DNA of 64,000 bases from an uncultured Nitrospiraceae bacterium (GCA_963727775.1 CAVSHB010000001.1:1216001-1280000), one strand, 5' to 3'. Shown: positions 9,301 through 16,711, numbered from the stretch's first letter. Made by a program: numbers and translations. Notes: generated by a model not told the origin, from the letters alone.

Positions 9301-10748
9301 ACAAAGCAAAGAACCTTGTTTATCTTAATAACAAGGGCCTGTTCGTTCCCTGTGCCGTTGTTCTGCCTGCCGAACGGACACGGAATTATGAGGAATACAC
9401 CGAAAGCGATGAATTTAAATCAATCCTGAGAAATGCAGTAAGGGAAATAGAAGACAGGACGGGCGCTGAATTCGGCGGTAAACAAAGACCTTTGCTTTTA
9501 TCGGTGAGAAGCGGTTCATATATCTCGATGCCCGGCATTCTCTCATCGATCCTGTACTGCGGCATGAATAAAGAAACCCTTAAAGCCTTTATTGACGATA
9601 CGGAAAACTCCCGGCTTGCGTGGGATTCCTACAGGAGGTTCATTGAGCACTACGGTACTGTAGTCTACGACCTCGACATGGATATATTCGAAACAATAGT
9701 CAATACCTTTATGAAAGGGCAGGGCGTCACAAAAAGGGAAGACCTGAATTCTGAACAGATGGCAAAGATAGTGCATCTTTACAGCGCTGAACTGTCCGCG
9801 AGAGACCGGGAGTTACCTGATGATGTCTATGAACAGTTAAAAGAATCGGTCAAAGCGGTCTTCAGGTCATGGTATTCGGAAAGATCGGTACAATTCAGGA
9901 AAGCAATGGGTATTTCAGAACACTGGGGGACATCTGTAACATTGATGCAGATGATTTACGGCAATGATCCGGGATCAGGAGCTTCGGTGTTTTTTACCAG
10001 AAAACCTCTTACCTTCGAAAAGGGCATTTATGGCGATACAAAAGAGAAGGCGAGCGGAGGCGAGCTTGTCTATGGAAGGACTGCTACGCGTCCTTTGACA
10101 CGGCAGCAGGCATTAATCAATCAACAAAGCCTCGAAGAGATTGATCCGCAATTATTCGGGATGCATGAAGGACTCGCAGGGGACATTGAAAAAGCAATGA
10201 GGGGGCTGCCGCAGGAGGTAGAAGCTACCTATGTAAAGCGAGCTGATGGAGAGAGGATCATCTATGTGCTTCAGACAAAACGGATGGAGTTTCACAGGGG
10301 ATTCACCAAAAGATTTGATGATATATGCAGAATGGAACCCAATATTATCGGTCGCGGAGCGGGTGTGTACGGTGGGGCCCTGAGCGGGACGGTAACGTTT
10401 TCCGTCTCTCCGGAACTTATCAGGAAAAAAAGAGCAATAACGCGTCTTCCGGTAATCCTTTTAAGGAAAGAGGCCAGCACGAATGACGTTGCCCTCATGC
10501 CCGAGATAAACGGCATTATTACATCGACCGGGGGAGCAACATCTCACGCAGCTATTTTGGCACAAAAGTTTCATCTGACTGCAGTCATAGGATGTTCGGA
10601 AATGAAAATAGGACCTGATGAAAAAGGCGGCCTGTCTGCACAGATTGGGACTCTTAAGGTAGCAGAGGGCGACTATATAAGCTTAGACGGTTCAACAGGA
10701 TTGGTCTATTCCGGTTTATGCAGTTCAACTACTCAGGTGGAGGCTTAG
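6360..10748 (+). CDS. giant PEP-utilising dikinase-like protein (long N-terminal region + PPDK ATP-grasp + phosphohistidine domain; no pyruvate-binding barrel)
   Basis: IGNKAKNL, PLLLSVRSGSYISMPG, WDSYRRF, QMIYGN and YVLQTK ATP-grasp motifs; GGATSHAAI His motif; ends just after SLDGSTGLVY. Confidence 0.85.
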   Translation: MTDMSEEKTICNLDYLIGTLATAYKGLITSLVLKDFCMVEKDGSTIFKGTVLSMPEGTYMASLIHEGFELSRGIIQNGFIELYAENEMIGSAKNLQIDILQSGRHIGTFLLKKEKKEGFFISALELSEETKGINFGLLTGRLRSKVGLLKKAEDIISEILSTKQDWKKFSEKMNSFSKDLFWFDREAYYAWYEIMVKWSVNTCERIDCMVWDKAISNVLSLIELPLEKETDMQMLVFLVNTWLNRVKDSSISLAAGLTHARKVFSRINEVFPDTDIGPALRVLINSLHDRIKNTPALNADVLRVVKDIVSADDQILLSDYSEEMKKVLEDILYGTDVSPGNKEYAKIFEVIDSADMWLSKDRDMITVFSDVIERNISKASAEALSMAFMNLFPDFNALPSDLYRRASADTINLMKKLIDLKSADICETLLTHLEKQSDPFKTDIILNPEAASAILDAGDNKLISRYKGILAQILIPAPGITGFSRETWAEIVNPLHLTRIAKFMDIIKLGAGPFKEILIRTICNLYVSGVFIPDDRLFQREISKYLNSGIIRENYLLHYMLLKKLPVYYHEVGATGRLRDDSTEIDSWGNDPVLYFLRKQVHVNASNHLIPVIEDIIKSWVYKTTEGLKLSVPEDILKTFNTDLLEHYSPAIRPLFESFGIINNNGMHFEKLLSTPEDDINRRLLSLNVSDEIRLKILLLCRIYCEIARKYSLVPLDIGKEDIASRITMSIQKLKHLKDTVLSPQKTQPEEALFFKRHIAFGIPSVMGSYHEPKFDAFGETLRTEEEIRTLHDAISNDIKNKESGLTLQDVKQWICCVGDLNELLQLHDLGNFQVDEAVEILRSNELHISQIVDLLRICQRELTWLVEIFNMTFQKPLLEILEKFPKDELPEYLRGINPEDGSFIIKAADIIIRALMNSIPGFFELDRLFNNLIDKLTAHMRLQPDEIFRLTDNPRIAGDYFSIDNLSDEDAMRLSPSIGNKAKNLVYLNNKGLFVPCAVVLPAERTRNYEEYTESDEFKSILRNAVREIEDRTGAEFGGKQRPLLLSVRSGSYISMPGILSSILYCGMNKETLKAFIDDTENSRLAWDSYRRFIEHYGTVVYDLDMDIFETIVNTFMKGQGVTKREDLNSEQMAKIVHLYSAELSARDRELPDDVYEQLKESVKAVFRSWYSERSVQFRKAMGISEHWGTSVTLMQMIYGNDPGSGASVFFTRKPLTFEKGIYGDTKEKASGGELVYGRTATRPLTRQQALINQQSLEEIDPQLFGMHEGLAGDIEKAMRGLPQEVEATYVKRADGERIIYVLQTKRMEFHRGFTKRFDDICRMEPNIIGRGAGVYGGALSGTVTFSVSPELIRKKRAITRLPVILLRKEASTNDVALMPEINGIITSTGGATSHAAILAQKFHLTAVIGCSEMKIGPDEKGGLSAQIGTLKVAEGDYISLDGSTGLVYSGLCSSTTQVEA

Positions 10749-10757
10749 TCTACTTAA

Positions 10758-10894
10758 TTCATAAAATGTGCGGAAGCCGACAAATACAGTATTTGCGCTC
10801 GTTTTCGGCCCGGTACGAATCGGGCCTCCGAGGAAAATTCTTTCTCCGAAAGAATTTAAACCCGCTTAAATACTGTATCTGTCGATTTTATGAA
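10758..10894. repeat. ~140-bp multi-hairpin palindromic element (MITE/REP-like or structured RNA)
   Basis: TTCATAAAAT (10758-67) pairs with ATTTTATGAA (10885-94); CGACAAATACAGTATTT (10778-94) pairs with AAATACTGTATCTGTCG (10868-84); inner hairpins GGCCCG-N8-CGGGCC and AAATTCTTTC-TCC-GAAAGAATTT. Confidence 0.65.
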
Positions 10895-10975
10895 GTATTT
10901 TAAATAACGACGCACTCGGTATTTCAGCTTTTTCACAGCAATGACCTAATGAATAAGAGAGAGTATGAGGAGATT

Positions 10976-11680
10976 ATGACGGCACAAATAATACGGACGA
11001 AATTACAAAAGCTCGCTAACAAAGACAAGGCAAAAATCCTCCAGGGTTTTTTTAAGACCGGGCCGGGGGAATACGGGGAAGGGGACATTTTTCTCGGTAT
11101 CAAAGTGCCGGCGCTCAGGAAGCTGTCAAAAGAGCATGATGGTATCCCGTTGAATGAAACGGTGCAACTCCTTAAGTCCTCCATCCACGAAGAACGTTTG
11201 CTTGCTCTCCTGATGCTTGTCCATGCTTTTTCAAAAGGCGATGAAGCTCTCCAAAAGAAGATCTACGACCTTTACCTTAAGCACACCAGGTACATCAACA
11301 ACTGGGACCTCGTTGACCTGACAGCGCCGAATATTGTCGGGACGTATCTCCTGGACAAGAGCAAAAAGCCGCTTTATGCTCTTGCGAAGTCGAATGATCT
11401 CTGGCAATGCAGGATCGCGATCATGGCTACGTTTTCGTTCATCAGGCAGAATGATTTTGATGATACACTCAAAATTTCAAACACCCTTCTCACTGATGAG
11501 CACGACCTGATCCATAAGGCTGTTGGCTGGATGCTGCGCGAGGTCGGCAAACGGTCGCTCGTGACCGAGGAGCGGTTTCTGCAACAGCATTACAAGAAGA
11601 TGCCGCGGACCATGCTGCGGTATGCGATTGAGCGGTTCCCGGAAGCGAAGAGGAAGAAATACCTGAATGGCGAAATGTGA
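10976..11680 (+). CDS. alkD: DNA alkylation repair protein (AlkD-like HEAT-repeat glycosylase)
   Basis: FFKTGPGEYGEGDIFLGIKVP, INNWDLVD, DLIHKAVGWMLREVGK and MPRTMLRYAIE; RBS GAGGAG before ATG 10976. Confidence 0.9.
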   Translation: MTAQIIRTKLQKLANKDKAKILQGFFKTGPGEYGEGDIFLGIKVPALRKLSKEHDGIPLNETVQLLKSSIHEERLLALLMLVHAFSKGDEALQKKIYDLYLKHTRYINNWDLVDLTAPNIVGTYLLDKSKKPLYALAKSNDLWQCRIAIMATFSFIRQNDFDDTLKISNTLLTDEHDLIHKAVGWMLREVGKRSLVTEERFLQQHYKKMPRTMLRYAIERFPEAKRKKYLNGEM

Positions 11681-11799
11681 TGTTAAAAAATATCATATGG
11701 AATCGCTTCCTGTGATATACCAACTTGGTATATTACGGTAATAAGGAGTAAAAGCCAACTAACCTTTCATCAGACAGCTTGATTTTTATAACAATTTAA

Positions 11800-12371
11800 T
11801 AATTGATACACCCTGCGGTCTCTGCCGCAGGATCCGATGTATGTAGAGTAAATGGAGGGAAAGACCTGTAGACTGATAGAATAAAGAGACGATGGTAACT
11901 CTTGACGACGATATATGGCGATGGTATCACAATATATCGGAGTGTTACTATCACATTCAAATAACGGTGAAATACCGCAAGTCACTTTTGAGTAAAGAAG
12001 TAGAAGGGGCTATAGTTGGAGCGCTGAAAGGATTGAAAGAAAGGTATGCGATAGAGATCAATACAGTTGGATTTGATCGAAACCATGTGCATATTCTGTG
12101 TCGATATTTATCGAAGTATTCTGGGGGGAGGTGATCAAGATAATAAAGAGTATAAGTGGGAAAAGAGTATATGAAGAGGCCCCCGAGGTAAAAAAAGAAC
12201 TTTGGGGTGGTGAGTTCTGGACAGACGGGTACTACATAGCAACGATCAGCGGTAAAGGGAATAAAGGAGTGATTGAGAAATACATAAAGAACCAAGGCAG
12301 AGAGAAGGATGTTGGGCAGTTGAGGTTGTTTGACTTCTGACGCCCTGCGGTCTCTGCCGCAGGGTTCTTCA
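11800..12371 (+). mobile_element. IS200/IS605-family element (tnpA only); boundaries approximate
   Basis: Identical subterminal hairpins CCCTGCGGTCTCTGCCGCAGG at 11811-11831 and 12343-12363 flank a Y1 transposase; right side ends ...TTCTTCAC. Confidence 0.85.
11892..12340 (+). pseudogene. tnpA: IS200-family Y1 (HUH) transposase TnpA, frameshifted in a G6 run at 12123-12128
   Basis: YHIQITVKYRK and HUH motif NHVHIL in the first frame; LWGGEFWTDGYY and catalytic YIKNQ in the second; one extra G would join them (SGGEVIK). Confidence 0.88.
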
Positions 12372-12460
12372 CAATTTTATCTTTCAAGTAATTCCCTACT
12401 ATGTTATATTCTTTTGAAAATGCGGAAAATGCCAAGTTGGTATAATGTTATAAATTTAAT

Positions 12461-12482
12461 TGTAAATACATTTGTAAATACA
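12461..12482. promoter_or_regulatory. tandem palindromic operator (TGTAAATACA x2) upstream of TA operon 1
   Basis: TGTAAATACA at 12461-70 and 12473-82, each TGTA-N2-TACA; position fits antitoxin autoregulation. Confidence 0.5.
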
Positions 12483-12512
12483 ATTAATTTATGATAATAT
12501 GAAATTAAAATT

Positions 12513-12785
12513 ATGAAAGAATTCCGATGGAACGAAGATAAAAATAAATTACTAAAAGAGGAAAGAGGAGTTTCATTCGAAGAAATATTAGACTCAAAAT
12601 TTATTGGAGCAGAAAGGCATCCAACCAGAAAAAATCGAATGGTTTTGAAATTTGAATATAAAAAATATATTTGGATTATTCCTTGTGTTATTGAAGATAA
12701 TTATATATTTTTAAAAACGATGTTTCCAAGCCGTAAATATACAAAATTATTTAAAGTAAAAGAGGCGAAAAATGAAAAAACATAA
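12513..12785 (+). CDS. BrnT-like type II toxin (cassette 1)
   Basis: FRWNEDKNKLLKEERGVSFEEI ... IFLKTMFPSRK; overlaps the downstream antitoxin. Confidence 0.85.
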   Translation: MKEFRWNEDKNKLLKEERGVSFEEILDSKFIGAERHPTRKNRMVLKFEYKKYIWIIPCVIEDNYIFLKTMFPSRKYTKLFKVKEAKNEKT

Positions 12786-13023
12786 ATTAACAAGAGAAGA
12801 AAAGGAAATCGAAAATGCTTTATTGCGCGGTGAATATATTCCGATAAAAGGAAAAGAACTGGCCAATATAGAAAAAGCACTTAAACTGAGGAAAAAAGAT
12901 ATAACGATGACTATAAGAGTTAACAGTGAAGATATTGAAAAAATAAAAAATAAAGCAAAAAAACTCGGGGTAAAATATCAAAGTTATATCTCAGAAGTTA
13001 TTCATCAAGTTGCAGAAGTATAA
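12772..13023 (+). CDS. BrnA/CopG-like antitoxin (cassette 1)
   Basis: C-terminal RHH-like MTIRVNSEDIEKIKNKAKKLGVKYQSYISEVIH. Confidence 0.85.
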   Translation: MKKHKLTREEKEIENALLRGEYIPIKGKELANIEKALKLRKKDITMTIRVNSEDIEKIKNKAKKLGVKYQSYISEVIHQVAEV

Positions 13024-13036
13024 AAATAATAATAAG

Positions 13037-13121
13037 TTATAACAATCGGCTCGACCAGATGGCGAATAACGTTGGTGGTTTCTGCATAGGCTTATTGCCC
13101 CCACTGGTCAGCCGTATCGTT
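13037..13121 (+). other. integron attC recombination site (R' core completed at 13281-13287 after the MITE)
   Basis: R'' TTATAAC just after the stop codon; L'' CGGCTCGACCAG pairs with L' CTGGTCAGCCG leaving one extrahelical base; ends GTT; TTATAAC is complementary to GTTATAA at the cassette start (12447-53). Confidence 0.8.
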
Positions 13122-13280
13122 GAATCTGTAGAAAAAACCACTTGATAAAATATTTTTGACAGGTCAAAAAAAACCGAATGCGTGGGATGCTCCGGATTGA
13201 ACGATCTCGGATCAACGAAGGGGTAGAAGATTCCTCAAATTACGATTATTTGGATCATAAAGGACTTTTTCTACATACTC
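13122..13280. mobile_element. 159-bp MITE (IS1182-like ends) inserted in the attC core
   Basis: GAATCTGTAGAAAAA and TTTTTCTACATACTC are inverted repeats (13/15); flanked by direct GTT at 13119-21 and 13281-83; no ORF. Confidence 0.72.
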
Positions 13281-13360
13281 GTTAGCACAAGACAAGAAAA
13301 TAGAAATGCATAATCTCAAATAGTTGCCAAAAAGCACACAATGTGATAACTTATCAATAG

Positions 13361-13645
13361 ATGAAGCAAATAAATTGGAATACGGAAAAGAGCTTAAACC
13401 TCAAAGAATCAAAAGGAAATTACTTTGAAGATATGGTTTTTTATATTGAAAAGGGCGATATTTTGGAGGACTATTTGCATCCAAATCAGACAAGGTATCC
13501 GGAACAACGTATAATGGTAATCGGAATAAATAATTACGCATACCTTGTTCCATATGTTGAGGATAAGGAAGAAATATTCCTTAAAACCATTATCCCCAGC
13601 AGAAAAGCAACAGAAAATTATTTTGGAGAAAAAAATGAAAACTAA
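13361..13645 (+). CDS. BrnT-like type II toxin (cassette 2)
   Basis: INWNTEKSLNLKE ... HPNQTRYPEQ ... YAYLVPYVE..EIFLKTIIPSRKAT. Confidence 0.88.
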   Translation: MKQINWNTEKSLNLKESKGNYFEDMVFYIEKGDILEDYLHPNQTRYPEQRIMVIGINNYAYLVPYVEDKEEIFLKTIIPSRKATENYFGEKNEN

Positions 13646-13961
13646 ATTAACCAAGGAAGAACAGGAAATATTGGACAGTTTTGAAAAAGGCGAATGGGTG
13701 CCGGTAAAGAATCTTTCAAAGAGAAAAGCGGAACTGATGAGATACGCAAAAAACACTTTAAAGAAGGATAAAAGATTAAACATAAGAATTTCCGAAAGAG
13801 ATTTATATGAATTACAAAGAAAAGCGGTAATCGAGGGATTGCCTTATCAGACTTATGTTTCCAGTATCATTCATAAATTCCTTAACGGCAAACTAATAGA
13901 AGCAAAAAATGCTAATAAGGCGTTCCAAGCACCACAGCGATTAACGAACAGGAATGAATGA
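13635..13961 (+). CDS. BrnA/CopG-like antitoxin (cassette 2); C-terminus runs through a truncated attC
   Basis: RBS GGAG; LTKEEQEILDSFEKGEW ... KDKRLNIRISERDL ... EGLPYQTYVSSIIHK. Confidence 0.87.
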   Translation: MKTKLTKEEQEILDSFEKGEWVPVKNLSKRKAELMRYAKNTLKKDKRLNIRISERDLYELQRKAVIEGLPYQTYVSSIIHKFLNGKLIEAKNANKAFQAPQRLTNRNE

Positions 13962-15468
13962 ACATATGAAATACGACGTAATAATTATAGGCGGTGGTCT
14001 TGGAGGACTCACTGCCGGAGCCAAACTGTCCAGGGAAGGCAAAAAGGTAATGCTGGTCGAACAGCATAATATTCCGGGCGGATGTGCCACGACATTCAAG
14101 CGTCGCGGGTATACGATGGATGTGGGGCTGCATGAGACTGATGGACTTGATGAGACTGATATAAAGACAGAAATATTCAATGATTTAAAAGTATTTGACA
14201 ATGTCGAGTTTTTGCGTGTACCGGAATTCTACCGCTTTGTTAACGGCAATGTCGATATTGCCGTATCTGATGACTGCAGAAAAGCTGAAGAGGAATTTAT
14301 TGAAAAATTTCCCTCCGAAGAGAAAGGGATACGGAAGTTCATGAGGGTCGTTACCGGGATAAAGAAAGAAGTCAATAAAATGCCGAGAGAGATCTGGAAA
14401 ACGTTAATACAGATTCCCATCTTTCCGCTCCTATATCCTAATATTGTTCGTTACAACAATAAAAGCGTCGGAGAATTTGTAGATTTGATTATTAGGGATG
14501 AGGATTTGAAGCTGGCACTGATCGCGAACGTCGGCTATTATCATGACAATCCTTATACACTGTCTATGCTGTATTTCGGCGTAGCGCAGGGGGGATATTA
14601 TCTTGGCGGAGGCCATTATATTAAGGGCGGATCGCAGAAACTTTCAGACTACCTGGCCGGATCTATAAAAGAACGCGGTGGGGAAGTAGTCATGGGGCAC
14701 TTGGTGACAAAAATATTAATCGAAGATAAAAAGGCTGTAGGCATAGATTATAGGAAGACCTCGGGAGAAAAGGAAACAAAGAAGGCTTATGCCGATGTCA
14801 TTATTGCCAACGCAGCAGTTCCGAATGTTGCCAATAAACTCCTTCCGACTGCAGAAGCCAGGGTTCTCAAGAAAGAAATTATGGGAATGGAGGTTGCATG
14901 CTCATTGCTGTCCATATATTTATTTTTTAAAACGCCGGCGAAGGAATATGGTTGTAAACATTATTCAAATTTCTTTTTCAGCTCTAAAATAAAATCAATG
15001 AAAGATCTCAATTACGACATTGATTACAAGGAGAGAGGATTTGTATTTGTCGACTATAGCCAAATAGATTCGAAGTTGGCGCCGGAAGGGAAGGGAGTCG
15101 GAGTGATCTGCACTGTCGATTATCTCAAAAATTGGGAGAATTTGAGTGACGATGAATATAAGGCGAAGAAGGAAGTTGCAGCACGCGATTTCATAAAAAG
15201 ACTTAACGAGCATTTCCCGGGCATAAAAGAGGGGATAGATTTCTATGAAGTCGGCACTCCGAAAACAATAAGGCGCTATACTTTGAATCCCCTGGGAACA
15301 GCATATGGCTTTGCCCAGATTCCGAGCCAGTCGGGAATGAAAAGACTAAAGCATAAATCGCCGGTTAAAAATCTCTATTTCGCTTCCGCCTGGACTATGC
15401 CGGGCGGTGGATTTACCGGGGCGATTCTGAGCGGTTATTTCTGTGCAGAAGAAATATTGAGCAAATAA
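13954..15468 (+). CDS. FAD-dependent oxidoreductase, phytoene desaturase/retinol saturase family
   Basis: YDVIIIGGGLGGL Rossmann motif, VEQHNIPGGCAT, GTPKT..RYTLNPLGTAYG and NLYFASAWTMPGGGFTGAILSG. Confidence 0.88.
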   Translation: MNEHMKYDVIIIGGGLGGLTAGAKLSREGKKVMLVEQHNIPGGCATTFKRRGYTMDVGLHETDGLDETDIKTEIFNDLKVFDNVEFLRVPEFYRFVNGNVDIAVSDDCRKAEEEFIEKFPSEEKGIRKFMRVVTGIKKEVNKMPREIWKTLIQIPIFPLLYPNIVRYNNKSVGEFVDLIIRDEDLKLALIANVGYYHDNPYTLSMLYFGVAQGGYYLGGGHYIKGGSQKLSDYLAGSIKERGGEVVMGHLVTKILIEDKKAVGIDYRKTSGEKETKKAYADVIIANAAVPNVANKLLPTAEARVLKKEIMGMEVACSLLSIYLFFKTPAKEYGCKHYSNFFFSSKIKSMKDLNYDIDYKERGFVFVDYSQIDSKLAPEGKGVGVICTVDYLKNWENLSDDEYKAKKEVAARDFIKRLNEHFPGIKEGIDFYEVGTPKTIRRYTLNPLGTAYGFAQIPSQSGMKRLKHKSPVKNLYFASAWTMPGGGFTGAILSGYFCAEEILSK

Positions 15469-15508
15469 GAAATATGTTCAATATAATTTTTTGAAAGGAG
15501 AAAATGCT

Positions 15509-15838
15509 ATGAAAAGAGTTTTGGCCGGAACGATAGTAGTTGCAGGAATATGTCTGTTTGTCATAAGCGGGTTTGCAGATGAAAAGTCAAATGTAAAAAT
15601 TGGTGAGACAAATTTCAATGAACATTGCGTTGCTTGCCACCCCGGTGGGAAAAATGTTTTTGATCCGCAAAAAACGCTGCATAAAAAGGACCTGGAGGCA
15701 AATAATATCAGAACACCTGAAGACATTGTAAAATTAATGAGGAACCCGGGACCGAATATGACGAGGTTTGACGAGAATAGTCTTCCGGAAAAAGAGGCAA
15801 AGGAAATAGCCGAATATATTCTGGAGACTTTTAAATAG
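15509..15838 (+). CDS. periplasmic monohaem cytochrome c (c6-like), paralog of 2996-3325
   Basis: Signal peptide, CVACH, KTLHKK and MRNPGPNM; RBS AAAGGAG. Confidence 0.88.
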   Translation: MKRVLAGTIVVAGICLFVISGFADEKSNVKIGETNFNEHCVACHPGGKNVFDPQKTLHKKDLEANNIRTPEDIVKLMRNPGPNMTRFDENSLPEKEAKEIAEYILETFK

Positions 15839-15875
15839 AGAACGATAACCAACAGAATTTATTTACTAATTCCCA

Positions 15876-16000
15876 TACCCCGCCGTCTCTGCGGCGGGCA
15901 CCTTGCGTCGTCGGGGTGCAGGGCGTCGGAGCGAAGCGCAGACCCTTGCCGACCCACGGGGTCTAATACCCCGTGGTGTCGAAACGAGCAAAGCGAGTTT
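15876..16000. repeat. GC-rich triple-hairpin element, likely a non-autonomous IS200/IS605 derivative or REP-like element
   Basis: CCCGCCG-TCTCTG-CGGCGGG (15879-98) has the same loop as the IS200 hairpins; central stem 15910-15953; CCACGGGG-TCTAATA-CCCCGTGG (15954-76). Confidence 0.55.
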
Positions 16001-16017
16001 AGTTTATTGTTTGAAAA

Positions 16018-16608
16018 TTATTTTTCCTGAGTAACCTTTTTCAGACATTCAGGGCAAATGCCGTGAGTAACAGCGGCGTCGGTGTTTTTTTCAATATAGG
16101 TTTCCACCTGGCTCCAGTAACCCTTGTCATCGCGTATCTTTCTGCACCAGGCGCACATGGGGATCAGCCCCCGAAGGGTTTTTATTTCTTTGAGGCTGTT
16201 TTCCAATTGTGTCAACAATTTGTGCCGTTCTATGGAATACCGTATTGACCGGACCAGTAATCCGCTTTCGGCCTGTCCTTTGACCAGATAGTCCTGCGCG
16301 CCGTTCTTAACGGCCTTAATCGCAAGTTCCTCATCGGTCAGGCCGGTCAGTACGATTACAGGGACGGAGGGATAAAGAGTATGGACTTTAAGAAATGTTT
16401 CGATACCCTGACTGTCAGGCAGACCCAAATCCGACAGAATGATATCAAACGGTTCGCTCTCAAGAAGTTTAATAGCGGAAGATAATGTGATTGAACGGCT
16501 TATGTAAAAATCCGCACCATTCTCATCCATCAATAATGTGCGTATAAGTTCGGCGTCGCCGAGGTTATCTTCGATCAGCAGGATCTTTATCTGTTTTTTG
16601 GGACTCAA
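16018..16608 (-). CDS. response regulator (REC) with Cys-rich C-terminal tail
   Basis: ILLIEDN, ILSDLGLPDSQG and GAQDYLVK; C-terminal IPMCAWCRKIRDD...THGICPEC. Confidence 0.9.
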   Translation of the reverse strand: MSPKKQIKILLIEDNLGDAELIRTLLMDENGADFYISRSITLSSAIKLLESEPFDIILSDLGLPDSQGIETFLKVHTLYPSVPVIVLTGLTDEELAIKAVKNGAQDYLVKGQAESGLLVRSIRYSIERHKLLTQLENSLKEIKTLRGLIPMCAWCRKIRDDKGYWSQVETYIEKNTDAAVTHGICPECLKKVTQEK

Positions 16609-16711
16609 TTTGTTTTAACCATTAGATATAATCTTATCATTATTTCAGGGGAACACAAAAATATTCATAAAACCGATCATAAATAATGGCGGACATAGTA
16701 TTTGAGCGGCT

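Larger units (their letters stand above)
11716..12444. mobile_element. TIR-bounded MITE (IS630-like TA ends) carrying a nested IS200 element
   Basis: TATACCAACTTGG (11716-28) and CCAAGTTGGTATA (12432-44) are perfect 13-bp inverted repeats that extend imperfectly (TATACCAACTTGGTATATTACG vs TATACCAACTTGGCATTTTCCG). Confidence 0.55.

Noticed and set aside
6360..10748. Calling the two giant proteins ppdK or ppsA
   Set aside because: Both end right after the phosphohistidine domain and lack the PEP/pyruvate-binding barrel
10718..10903. 61-aa ORF
   Set aside because: Overlaps the dikinase end and the palindromic element; no RBS or protein-like features
10976..11700. alkD as an additional integron cassette
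   Set aside because: No RYYYAAC...GTTRRRY attC structure seen after its stop
12340..12445. TnpB or IscB RNA-guided nuclease with the IS200 element
   Set aside because: The right hairpin follows tnpA immediately; there is no second ORF
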